DNA of 64,000 nt from an uncultured delta proteobacterium (GTDB lineage: Bacteria > Desulfobacterota > Desulfobacteria > Desulfobacterales > B30-G6): NCBI GenBank assembly GCA_963823335.1, contig CAWGLD010000001.1, forward strand, positions 1,216,001 to 1,280,000. The letters run 5' to 3'. The notes under the pieces are model-generated. The model saw only the letters and a list, made by a program, of their open reading frames with translations, did not search any database and was not told the DNA's origin. Below are positions 49,862 through 58,625 of the stretch, piece by piece. How positions within the stretch are numbered: position 1 is the first letter of the stretch; every line of letters begins with the position of its first letter. Made by a program: the position numbers and the translations under genes.

Positions 49862-49948
49862 AAGATTCCTCCTAGTCGGGCTCAAACCACGAGGAATCTT
49901 CTGCGCCAGGCAGAACCCACGGGGTTAGCGTTCGCTGTTGCGGTTCTA
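49862..49948 (+). repeat. Hairpin plus partial family B element
   Basis: AAGATTCCTC...GAGGAATCTT then CTGCGCCAGGCAGAACCCACGGGGTTAGCGTTCGCTGTTGCGGTTC. Confidence 0.65.
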
Positions 49949-49967
49949 ATTCTCTTTGAGGCCATTC

Positions 49968-51212
49968 ATGTCTGTTTTACAGCACGAAGACCCGAAAATC
50001 GCCACCTTGGTTCACAAGGAAGCGCGACGTTTGGAAGAAACACTCGATCTCATTGCGGCTGAGAATCACGCTCCCCCGGCCATCATGGAAGCCCTCGGAT
50101 CCATATTCAATACCAAAACCATCGAAGGGTATCCAGGCCGGCGATACCATGCTGGTTGTATCAATGCAGATGCCGTAGAGCGTCTGGCGATTTCCAGGGC
50201 AAAAACACTTTTCAAGGCCGAGCATGCCAACGTGCAACCCCATAGCGGAACATCTGCCAATCTCGGGGTATATTTTTCAGTTCTTAATATCGGAGACAAA
50301 ATTCTGTCCATGGCGCTTTCACACGGAGGTCATCTTTCGCATGGTCATCCTGTTTCAATTGCCGGAAAGTGCTTTGAGATTCAACACTATGGTGTGGATC
50401 GAAAATCGGGATTGATCGATTATAAAGCATTAAGGTCTCTGGCTAAAACCTTTAAACCCAAAATGATTGTCGCGGGTGCCAGTTCATATCCGCGCTTGAT
50501 AGATTATGAAAAAATAGCTGCGGTAGCGGCATCGATCCAGGCATATTTTATGGTCGATATGGCTCATATTGGAGGCCTGGTGGCTGCCGGGGTAATTCCA
50601 AGCCCTGTTCCTGTTGCGGATTTTGTTACCTTGACATGTTATAAAACAATGATGGGCGGAAGAGGTGGCATCATTCTGTGTAGGAAGAAGTTTGCGAAAC
50701 AGATCGACAAATCCGTATTCCCCGGTTGTCAGGGGACCAGCGCCGTCAACAGTATTGCAGCCAAAGCGGTTATTTTGAAGATCGCCCAGGGAAAACCCTT
50801 TGTGGCCCTCCAAAAAAAAACCATCGATACCGCCCAGGACCTGTCTAGACGATTCATCAAGAAAGGGTACCGTGTTTTATCCAATGGAACCGATACCCAT
50901 CAGGTTATCATCGATGTCGCATCAAGGGGGCTTGATGCCGGCCTGGTGGAGAAAGCACTGGAAAGATCAAATATAATACTCAACAGAAATATCCTGCCAG
51001 GGGATGAGCAGAAGCCGGGTGCGATAAGTGGTATCCGCATGGGTACAGCTGCCATGGTTGCCCGGGGAATGGGAAAGGTGGAGGCCGGCATCGTTGCAGA
51101 TCTTATCCACAGAGTGATGACACATGCTACCCAGCCCCACGTGATTCTTGCGGTAAAAAAGGAAATAACTTTGTTGTGTCAACGATTTCCGGTCTACCAG
51201 GTCACGGTGTAA
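49968..51212 (+). CDS. glyA: Serine hydroxymethyltransferase family protein, divergent
   Basis: EGYPGRRY, NVQPHSG, HGGHLSHG, DMAH; PLP-Lys loop reads TCYKTMMGGRGG. Confidence 0.85.
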   Translation: MSVLQHEDPKIATLVHKEARRLEETLDLIAAENHAPPAIMEALGSIFNTKTIEGYPGRRYHAGCINADAVERLAISRAKTLFKAEHANVQPHSGTSANLGVYFSVLNIGDKILSMALSHGGHLSHGHPVSIAGKCFEIQHYGVDRKSGLIDYKALRSLAKTFKPKMIVAGASSYPRLIDYEKIAAVAASIQAYFMVDMAHIGGLVAAGVIPSPVPVADFVTLTCYKTMMGGRGGIILCRKKFAKQIDKSVFPGCQGTSAVNSIAAKAVILKIAQGKPFVALQKKTIDTAQDLSRRFIKKGYRVLSNGTDTHQVIIDVASRGLDAGLVEKALERSNIILNRNILPGDEQKPGAISGIRMGTAAMVARGMGKVEAGIVADLIHRVMTHATQPHVILAVKKEITLLCQRFPVYQVTV

Positions 51213-51236
51213 GAGGCGACAGGATCGGTTCAGTTA

Positions 51237-51420
51237 TTGAAGGATCCCGCAGCATGCGAAGCACTGCCAGACGGCAGAGCCTACGGGGGATGCGCTCGCT
51301 TTTTCGGTTCAAGCCGGTTGACTAACGGTCTTTTCTCGCATAATGAGTAGATAGATCACATTGATTGCTTGAAGAACCTCGCAGCAAGCTACGGAGAATA
51401 CGCTCGCTTTTTCGGTTCAA
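51237..51420 (+). repeat. Two family B elements in direct orientation (long 51237-51312, short 51369-51420)
   Basis: Both run TTGAAG..CGCAGCA..CTACGG..CGCTCGCTTTTTCGGTTCAA. Confidence 0.85.
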
Positions 51421-51443
51421 AATACAATAAGGAAAATCAGCCA

Positions 51444-52220
51444 ATGACAGCGCTCGTAGAAGCCCTGAAAGTCGAAAACCTGCACAAAAATTTTGGACAG
51501 ATAGCCGTCTTGAAGGGAATATCTTTCGAAGCAAACGAACAGGATGTCATCTCGATATTGGGAAGCAGCGGCTCCGGAAAGAGTACCCTTCTGCGATGTA
51601 TCAATCTGCTGGAGACACCGACGTCTGGAAAGGTTTACGTTCATGGTGAACTGATTAAAATGAGTGATTTGAGCTCAGGCGAGAGAAGACCGGTTGATCG
51701 AAAACAGGTGGAGCGTATTCGCTCGAAACTGGCAATGGTTTTTCAACAGTTCAATCTGTGGGCTCACATGACGGTGATGCAAAATGTAATCGAGGCGCCA
51801 ATGCATGTGTTGAAGCTGCCCAAGCAGGAAGCTGTAGAAAGGGCGGCACGTCTTTTAAACCGTGTTGGGATGTACGAACACAGGAACTACTACCCGGCGC
51901 ATCTTTCCGGGGGCCAGATGCAGCGTACAGCCATTGCAAGAGCATTGGCCATGGAACCGGAAATGCTGCTTTTTGATGAACCTACGTCAGCGCTGGATCC
52001 GGAACTGGTGGGAGAAGTGCTCAAGGTTATGCGAAGCCTGGCAGAGGAAGGCCGCACCATGCTGGTTGTCACACATGAAATGGGTTTTGCACGCGACGTG
52101 TCCAGCCGGGTGATATTTTTAGACGAGGGGCTGGTGGTGGAGGACGGTTCCCCAGACAGCGTGTTTGACAATCCCAGGTCTGTTCGTTTTCGCCAGTTCC
52201 TTACGGGGACCTTGAAGTAG
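51444..52220 (+). CDS. Polar amino acid ABC transporter ATP-binding subunit (HisP-like)
   Basis: [33 protein letters not shown]. Confidence 0.92.
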   Translation: MTALVEALKVENLHKNFGQIAVLKGISFEANEQDVISILGSSGSGKSTLLRCINLLETPTSGKVYVHGELIKMSDLSSGERRPVDRKQVERIRSKLAMVFQQFNLWAHMTVMQNVIEAPMHVLKLPKQEAVERAARLLNRVGMYEHRNYYPAHLSGGQMQRTAIARALAMEPEMLLFDEPTSALDPELVGEVLKVMRSLAEEGRTMLVVTHEMGFARDVSSRVIFLDEGLVVEDGSPDSVFDNPRSVRFRQFLTGTLK

Positions 52221-52230
52221 GAAAGAAATT

Positions 52231-52917
52231 ATGTCGGATGTCATCGCCTATTTACCACTTATTTTGAAAGGCATGCTGCTTACCGTGGAAGTCGCCCTGC
52301 TTTCGCTATTTATATCGGTATTTCTGGGGATGCTGGGTGCTGTTGCCAAGCTATCCAAATCCAGAATAGCCGCAGGGCTTGCAGGCATATACACGACAAT
52401 CATTCGCGGTATTCCTGATCTGGTTCTAATGACCATTCTCTTTTTCGGTGGTCAGATTCTGGTAAACAATATCGGAGAGAAAATGGGCTGGGAATATATC
52501 GATGTCAGCCCTTTTATGGCCGGGGTTCTCACCATCGGCTTTATTTTTGGCGCCTACATGACAGAGTCTTTCCGCGGTGGTATCTTGGCGGTTTCCCACG
52601 GTGAAATAGAGGCCGGGTACGCGTTCGGTATGAATCCGGTGAAGGTGTTTGTCCGTATAACGCTGCCGGCCATGGTCCGGCATGCACTACCCAGTTTTGG
52701 CAACAACTGGTTGGTTTTGACAAAGACGACGGCACTCATATCCGTTATTGGTTTACAGGACATGGTATACAACGCCGGCAATGCCGGGGGGTCTACCCGT
52801 AAACCGTTTACTTTTTACTGTGTGGTGGCGTTTTTATTTCTTATTATCACGGGCATTTCCGACATCGGACTACGCAGGCTGAACAAGCGTTACAGCGTGG
52901 GGGTGCGAAGAGAATGA
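52231..52917 (+). CDS. Polar amino acid ABC permease (HisQ-like)
   Basis: IRGIPDLV, GAYMTESFRGG, NNWLVLTKTTAL. Confidence 0.9.
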   Translation: MSDVIAYLPLILKGMLLTVEVALLSLFISVFLGMLGAVAKLSKSRIAAGLAGIYTTIIRGIPDLVLMTILFFGGQILVNNIGEKMGWEYIDVSPFMAGVLTIGFIFGAYMTESFRGGILAVSHGEIEAGYAFGMNPVKVFVRITLPAMVRHALPSFGNNWLVLTKTTALISVIGLQDMVYNAGNAGGSTRKPFTFYCVVAFLFLIITGISDIGLRRLNKRYSVGVRRE

Positions 52918-52968
52918 TCCAGAGAGGTCGACCAAACACTACAAGAGAAAAGGTGGGTTAGGAACCCA

Positions 52969-53661
52969 ATGGACATACAGGTTATCATAGACAACTTGCC
53001 ACTCTATTTCAAAGGCCTCTGGACGACGATTGTCCTGGTCGCTTCTTCTCTGGGCATCGGGCTTTTCCTGGCCATACCCATTGCCCTTCTTGCAACGGCC
53101 AAAAAGAAATGGATCCGTTTTCTACCCAAGGCCTATATCTATTTTTTTCGGGGCACTCCGTTGCTGGTGCAAATGTATATGATCTACCATGGCATGGGGC
53201 AGTTTGAACTCGTTCATGAGAGTTTTTTATGGACTATTTTCAAAGAAGCATATGCATGTGCACTGATCGCATTTGCCCTCAATACTGCCGGTTACACCGG
53301 CGAAATTTTAAGGGGCACCATCGAGCAGACCCCTTTTGGTGAAATAGAGGCCGCAAAAGCCTCCGGCATGTCCGTGGCGATGGTCTACCGGCGAATTATC
53401 CTTCCGAGCACTTTCAGACGGGCGTTGCCGGCGTATGGCAATGAGGTCATTTTTATGCTGCACGGCAGTGCATTGGCGGGCGTCATTACCATCGTGGATT
53501 TGTTTGGAGCCGCCAAAATTGTTAATTCAAGAAACTTTGTGCCATTTGAATCTTTCATCACGGCAGGTCTTTTTTATCTTTGTCTCACCTTTTTGATTGT
53601 CTGGGGATTTAAAAGAGTCGAACATCATTTTCATGCCTATCTACGCCCGCGCGAAAACTAG
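52969..53661 (+). CDS. Polar amino acid ABC permease (HisM-like)
   Basis: FRGTPLLVQ, NTAGYTGE, PAYGNEVIFMLH. Confidence 0.9.
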   Translation: MDIQVIIDNLPLYFKGLWTTIVLVASSLGIGLFLAIPIALLATAKKKWIRFLPKAYIYFFRGTPLLVQMYMIYHGMGQFELVHESFLWTIFKEAYACALIAFALNTAGYTGEILRGTIEQTPFGEIEAAKASGMSVAMVYRRIILPSTFRRALPAYGNEVIFMLHGSALAGVITIVDLFGAAKIVNSRNFVPFESFITAGLFYLCLTFLIVWGFKRVEHHFHAYLRPREN

Positions 53662-53804
53662 AAACCCTCTCAAAAATGTCTTTTGGCCCAATATCTGCGT
53701 TGGACTCGCGTTTCAACTCCTCAAAATACAATAGTATTCCTGCGGGTTAAAACACTCGTCCGCCTTGATTTTGAACCAAAATCCTATTTTTGAGAGGGTT
53801 TCTA
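53659..53804 (-). repeat. Family A hairpin element
   Basis: Perfect ends TAGAAACCCTCTCAAAAAT / ATTTTTGAGAGGGTTTCTA; overlaps a TAG stop. Confidence 0.88.
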
Positions 53805-53893
53805 CTGTGGGTGGTGCTAATGCTTTAGACATCGTCAACGGAAATGGAAGCCAAACCCTCAAATCCCTTTTATGCTGGGACGCCAGGATGCTT

Positions 53894-53964
53894 GGAAGCT
53901 GGAATGCTGCTGTCCGCTGATAGCTTTTAGCTACCCTCGAACCCCTGTATCCCCCTCGGACCCT
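53894..53964. repeat. 71-bp direct repeat, copy 1
   Basis: Ungapped match to 55369-55439 with 12 mismatches by hand alignment. Confidence 0.8.
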
Positions 53965-53980
53965 CGAACCCTTTTTTTTA

Positions 53981-55135
53981 CTATGGTCGACGCTTGTCTT
54001 TCAGGATATGATTGGAAATCACCACGCGTTGAATTTCAGATGTCCCTTCATAGATGGTAAAGACCCGGGCGTCCCGGTAAAACCGTTCCACCGGGTAATC
54101 CTTGACAAACCCGTACCCTCCATGCATCTGGAGTGCTTTTGCCGTTACCCGGTTCACCATTTCACTGGCAAACAGCTTGGCCATGGATGCTTGCACCGTG
54201 TAATTTTCACCCCGGTCTTTCATGGCGGCAGCTGAAAACATGAATTGTCGGGCGGCCTCTATGTTGGTTGCCATGTCTGCAATCATCCAACGCAGGCCCT
54301 GGAACTTTGAAATTTTCCGGCCAAACTGTTCTCTGTCTTTGGCATGTTTTACGGCCGCATCGAAGGCTGCCTGGGCGACACCTACCGATTGGGCCGATAT
54401 CCCTATACGGCCACCGTCGAGAGCCCGCATGGCGATCTTGAACCCGTCGCCCTCATTTCCAAGCATGTCCGAAGCGGGCACCCGACAATTTTCAAATATC
54501 AAGTCTGCCGTATCAGATGCACACAAGCCCATCTTGTCTTCAAGCCGCCCGACAATAAACCCCGGGGTGTCTTTTTTGACCAAAAAGGCGCTGATACCTT
54601 GATGCTTCTGGGAGGGGTCGGTTTTTGCAGTGACAATAACAAGACCTGCATTTTTACCGCTCGTGATGAAGCGCTTGGTGCCATTGAGGATGTAGTCGTT
54701 TCCATCCCGTTCCGCCAGGGTCGACTGGCTGACGGGGTCTGAGCCGGCGTGGGGTTCCGTCAAGGCAAAGGCACCGATATAATCCCCCCTGGCAAGGGGT
54801 TTCAGATAGGTTTGTTTTTGTTCTTCGCTACCATGGCGTAGAATGCTCTCACAGACAATGGAATTGTGAACAGACATGACCACAGCGGTGGATGCACAGG
54901 AGTAGGCAATTTCTGAAAGGGCCAGAACATAGCTGACGGTGTCTGCCTGGGAGCCATCATACTCAAGGGGCACCATCATTCCCAGGAGGCCGAGTTCTCC
55001 CATTTTTTCAAGATTTTCGGTGGGAAATTCCTTTGTCCGGTCACGTTCCATGGCCGTTGCAGCGACGACTTTTCTCGAAAATTCCCTCACCATGGATTGA
55101 ATCATACGTTGTTCATCGTTCAATTTGAAGGTCAT
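53981..55135 (-). CDS. Short-chain (butyryl-CoA-type) acyl-CoA dehydrogenase
   Basis: AFALTEPHAGSD, GGRIGI, REQFG, IYEGTSEIQR. Confidence 0.93.
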   Translation of the reverse strand: MTFKLNDEQRMIQSMVREFSRKVVAATAMERDRTKEFPTENLEKMGELGLLGMMVPLEYDGSQADTVSYVLALSEIAYSCASTAVVMSVHNSIVCESILRHGSEEQKQTYLKPLARGDYIGAFALTEPHAGSDPVSQSTLAERDGNDYILNGTKRFITSGKNAGLVIVTAKTDPSQKHQGISAFLVKKDTPGFIVGRLEDKMGLCASDTADLIFENCRVPASDMLGNEGDGFKIAMRALDGGRIGISAQSVGVAQAAFDAAVKHAKDREQFGRKISKFQGLRWMIADMATNIEAARQFMFSAAAMKDRGENYTVQASMAKLFASEMVNRVTAKALQMHGGYGFVKDYPVERFYRDARVFTIYEGTSEIQRVVISNHILKDKRRP

Positions 55136-55368
55136 ATCTTCTCCTTACTTTGTTCGAGAAAATTGGTGGCCTAACATGCCGATATGTTCGGTTCTACTTC
55201 CATACATTAGAAAAGAGGGTCCGTGGATCCAAGGGATCAAGGATTCAAGTGCTTGTTGTGTGGGGAATTGTGTATTGTCATGAAACGTACAAATAGCCAC
55301 AAGCTGAAAACACTTTCTCACTCACAGCTAATAACCTATACCCTCGAATCCAGGCCTCTTGTATCCTG

Positions 55369-55439
55369 GGAAGCTGGAATGCCGCTATCTGCTTTAAGCT
55401 GTCAGCTACCCTCCAACCCTTGTATCACCCTCAGACCCT
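55369..55439. repeat. 71-bp direct repeat, copy 2
   Basis: Matches 53894-53964. Confidence 0.8.
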
Positions 55440-55443
55440 GCCA

Positions 55444-55995
55444 TTACGGCCCATACACAACTACCAGGAGTTTTGCTTCATCTTTCCCGGTGTTTTTCAG
55501 GTTGTGCTGTATTCCCGAGTTGAAGTGTAAAGAATCGCCTGCTTTCAATTTGTTGACATGGTCTCCCACGATAATTTCTATTTGGCCGGACAGAACATAG
55601 GTGAACTCTTCGCCCTCGTGATGATAACCAACGCCCTGATGATCGGCCAGTGGATCGATGGTTACCATAAACGCTTTCAAATGTTTGTTTTCGGCCCCGG
55701 GTGTCAGTGTGGTATAGGCATAATGGTCGGTTCGTTTGGTATAGGCCTTGATCCGGCGCTTCATCTTGGATTCATCTTCTTTCAACAATGCTCCGGAATC
55801 GATCTTGAGTGCCCTGGCAATCTGGAGAAGCGTTCCAACGGGTGGCGTTGTTTTGCCTTTCTCGATGTTCTTTAGATAATCGATGGTGAAACCGGTCTCA
55901 TTGGCCAACAGGTCAAAGGTGATTTTGTTGGATGTCCTGGCCTTCTTTATTTTCTGGCCAAGAGATACAGACGCGTCTTTCATTTTTTTTGGCAT
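55444..55995 (-). CDS. XRE-family HTH regulator with cupin domain
   Basis: LGQKIKKAR...IEKGKTTPP; HEGEEFTYVLSG. Confidence 0.9.
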   Translation of the reverse strand: MPKKMKDASVSLGQKIKKARTSNKITFDLLANETGFTIDYLKNIEKGKTTPPVGTLLQIARALKIDSGALLKEDESKMKRRIKAYTKRTDHYAYTTLTPGAENKHLKAFMVTIDPLADHQGVGYHHEGEEFTYVLSGQIEIIVGDHVNKLKAGDSLHFNSGIQHNLKNTGKDEAKLLVVVYGP

Positions 55996-56022
55996 GCCAT
56001 CTCCTCCCTCTCCTCATGGGTT

Positions 56023-56874
56023 TTAATTGTAGGTGTAAAATCCGCGTCCGGTCTTTCTGCCCAGCCATCCTGCTTCCACGTACTTCCGCAGCAACGGGCA
56101 GGGACGGTATTTGGAGTCGTTAAACCCATTGTAAAGCGTTTCCATTATGGCCAGGCATGTATCGAGGCCGATAAGGTCTGCCAGCTCCAGGGGACCCATG
56201 GGATGATTCATGCCGAGTTTCATGACCGTATCGATGTCTTCTTTTTTGCCGACACCATGATAGAGGCAATACACGGCTTCATTGATCATGGGCAGTAAGA
56301 TTCTGTTGGCGATAAAACCCGGGAAATCATTGGCCTCGGCAGGGGTTTTTCCGAATTTAAGCGACAAGTCCCAGGTTGTCTTGAATGTTTCGTCAGAAGT
56401 AGCAAGACCCCGGATAATTTCTACCAGTCTCATCACCGGTACGGGATTCATGAAGTGCATTCCGATGATCTTGTCCGGTCTTTGGGTTTGTGAAGCGATC
56501 CGGCCGATGGGAATAGAAGACGTATTGGTGGAGAGAATGGCCGCAGGTGGGCAGATATTATCCAGATCTTTGAATATCTTGAATTTCAGGGTTTCATTTT
56601 CGGTGGCAGCCTCCACCACAAAGTCAGCGACAGCCATGTCTTTCAGGTCTGTGCTGGCTGAAATTCTGCCCAGGATCGATTCTTTCTCGGTTTCTGTCAA
56701 TTTACCTTTGCCGACGCTTCGTGCCAGGATCTTGGTGATGGCAGCCAATCCTTTTTGGACAAATTCTGCAGAAATGTCGTTCATGATCACATTCATTCCA
56801 CTCATTGCCGCCACCTGTGCAATACCGTTTCCCATCTGACCTGCACCGATGACACCCAAAGTATTTATCTCCAT
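56023..56874 (-). CDS. hbd: 3-hydroxybutyryl-CoA dehydrogenase
   Basis: GAGQMGNG, NTSSI, GMHFMNPVP, NHPMGPL. Confidence 0.93.
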   Translation of the reverse strand: MEINTLGVIGAGQMGNGIAQVAAMSGMNVIMNDISAEFVQKGLAAITKILARSVGKGKLTETEKESILGRISASTDLKDMAVADFVVEAATENETLKFKIFKDLDNICPPAAILSTNTSSIPIGRIASQTQRPDKIIGMHFMNPVPVMRLVEIIRGLATSDETFKTTWDLSLKFGKTPAEANDFPGFIANRILLPMINEAVYCLYHGVGKKEDIDTVMKLGMNHPMGPLELADLIGLDTCLAIMETLYNGFNDSKYRPCPLLRKYVEAGWLGRKTGRGFYTYN

Positions 56875-56987
56875 TTCTTCCTCTCCTTTCCCAATCTGTA
56901 TGATGACGTTTAGAATTAACAGCAGTGCTTATAAATCGATTTATTGAGTTTTCCGCGAAAGACATTTCAATGAAATCGATTACAACC

Positions 56988-57133
56988 GAATTGGTTTCAA
57001 AGTCTTCAATCGGTTTCAAGGTCAAGGCGAGGCGAGGGGTTCACCCGCAGGCATACATTGGGTATGTTGAGGATTGAACGCCTTGTCTCAACGCAGAAAT
57101 TGAGATCGAGGGGAGGCTTTGAAACCAATTCTA
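56988..57133 (+). repeat. Family A hairpin element with different stem sequence
   Basis: GAATTGGTTTCAAAG...CTTTGAAACCAATTCTA; core CAAGGC..CCGCAGGCATAC..GTATGTTGAGGA..CAACGCAG; abuts the thiolase TAG. Confidence 0.82.
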
Positions 57134-58306
57134 TCGTTTTACGATCATTGCCACAGCCTCCCCGCCACCAAGACATAGACTGGCGAGGCCTGTTTTTTTG
57201 TCTTCGCGGATCATTTCGTGCAAAAGTGTCACCAGCACCCGACAGCCGCTTGCACCTATGGGGTGTCCCAGGGAGGTGCTCCCGCCATTGACATTTGTTT
57301 TTTCAGGATCCAGTCCCAGTTCGCGAAGTACCGCGACGGTCGATCCGCTGAAAGCTTCATTGATTTCATAGAGATCGACGGCGCCCTTGGAGATCCCCTC
57401 TTTGGCGAGGCATTTCGGAATTGCCCATATGGGTGCCACCAGGACATACTGCATGTCGATACCATAGGACGCTTGTGCGCCGATTGACGCCATTGTATGA
57501 CATCCGAAAGCCTCGGCCTTGTCTCTTGACATGACCACCACTGCGGCGGCACCGTCGCTGATGATCGATGCATTGCCAGCGGTTCCGACACCATCTTTCT
57601 TGAAGGCGGGTTTCATCTTGGACAAGGCTTCATAGTCGGTCTCCCTTGCACATTCATCTACACTGAAAAGAGTCGCCTTGCCCTTGCGTTGGGGTATTTC
57701 AACCGGAACGATTTCATCCTTGAACCGGTCACTTTTTATGGAGGCACAGGATCGGCGGTATGACTCGGCGGCATAGCGATCCTGATCTTCCCTGCTGACA
57801 CCATATTTCTGGGAGCAGAGTTCATTCGATATGCCCATGTGAAAATCATTTACCCTGTCCCACAGTCCATCCTGGATCATATGATCCTGCAGCTGGCCCG
57901 GGCCCATGCGATAGCCAAATCGTGCCTTTTCAAGGTAGTAAGGGGCCATACTCATGTTTTCCATGCCACCGGCGACGACCACATCGGCATCACCGACCTG
58001 TATTGCCTGGGCGGCGAGCATGACCGACTTCAATGCAGATCCGCAGACCTTGTTGATGGTGATGCATTCTGCTTCCCATGGCATTCCGGCCTTGACGGCA
58101 GCCTGCTTGGCAGGATTCTGTCCGTATCCGCAGGGCAGCACCTGCCCCATGATGACTTCGTTTACAACGCTTTTTTCGATTCCAGCTCTCTGAATGGCCG
58201 CATCGATGACAATGGCGCCTAAATCGGTGGCACCGATGCCGGCCAAAGAACCATTAAAACTTCCCAGGGGTGTTCTTACTGCACTGACGATGACTGCTTC
58301 TTTCAT
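57131..58306 (-). CDS. Acetyl-CoA C-acetyltransferase (thiolase)
   Basis: MKEAVIVSAVRTP, NKVCGS, NEAF, GHPIGASG, CLGGG; start placed at 58306. Confidence 0.95.
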   Translation of the reverse strand: MKEAVIVSAVRTPLGSFNGSLAGIGATDLGAIVIDAAIQRAGIEKSVVNEVIMGQVLPCGYGQNPAKQAAVKAGMPWEAECITINKVCGSALKSVMLAAQAIQVGDADVVVAGGMENMSMAPYYLEKARFGYRMGPGQLQDHMIQDGLWDRVNDFHMGISNELCSQKYGVSREDQDRYAAESYRRSCASIKSDRFKDEIVPVEIPQRKGKATLFSVDECARETDYEALSKMKPAFKKDGVGTAGNASIISDGAAAVVVMSRDKAEAFGCHTMASIGAQASYGIDMQYVLVAPIWAIPKCLAKEGISKGAVDLYEINEAFSGSTVAVLRELGLDPEKTNVNGGSTSLGHPIGASGCRVLVTLLHEMIREDKKTGLASLCLGGGEAVAMIVKR

Positions 58307-58324
58307 AGAGGACCTCTTTGACTG

Positions 58325-58380
58325 GTATTTGTATTTGTATTTAGTATTTTGTGTTTGGTGTTTCGTATGTCGTGTTTTGC
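58325..58380. repeat. Degenerate heptamer array (AAAYACN)n on the minus strand
   Basis: AAACACG ACATACG AAACACC AAACACA AAATACT AAATACA. Confidence 0.7.
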
Positions 58381-58475
58381 TTTTTTGTATCGGATGCATT
58401 CTGTTATTGAAGCAGATACCTTGGCTGTTTTTCTCAATCCACCATCACAAGACCATTGAGAACTTAATATGTAAT

Positions 58476-58625
58476 ATATTTCCGTTTCAGAAATGAGAAA
58501 GTTTCTCGATGAGCAAGGCCGCACAGGTGGTTTTTTCCTGAGTCGTACATGAGTACGTCGAAGAAAAAACCGCGCGGAGAACGCCGCTCATCGGGGAAAT
58601 AGCCATTTCTGAAACGGAAATATTA
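58476..58625 (+). repeat. Family A-related hairpin element
   Basis: Perfect 20-bp ends ATATTTCCGTTTCAGAAATG / CATTTCTGAAACGGAAATAT; loop CAAGGC / AACGCCG; abuts the icmF TAA. Confidence 0.8.

Noticed and set aside
49862-49950. Possible ZTP or THF riboswitch upstream of glyA
   Set aside because: No recognisable aptamer consensus; the second half matches repeat family B.
51237-51420. CRISPR-like repeat-spacer array
   Set aside because: Only two unequal units, with copies dispersed elsewhere, and no cas genes.
58307-58399. Lys/Thr-rich thiolase extension (and the similar dppB extension at 11489-11524)
   Set aside because: These are translations of heptamer repeats; conserved starts lie downstream.
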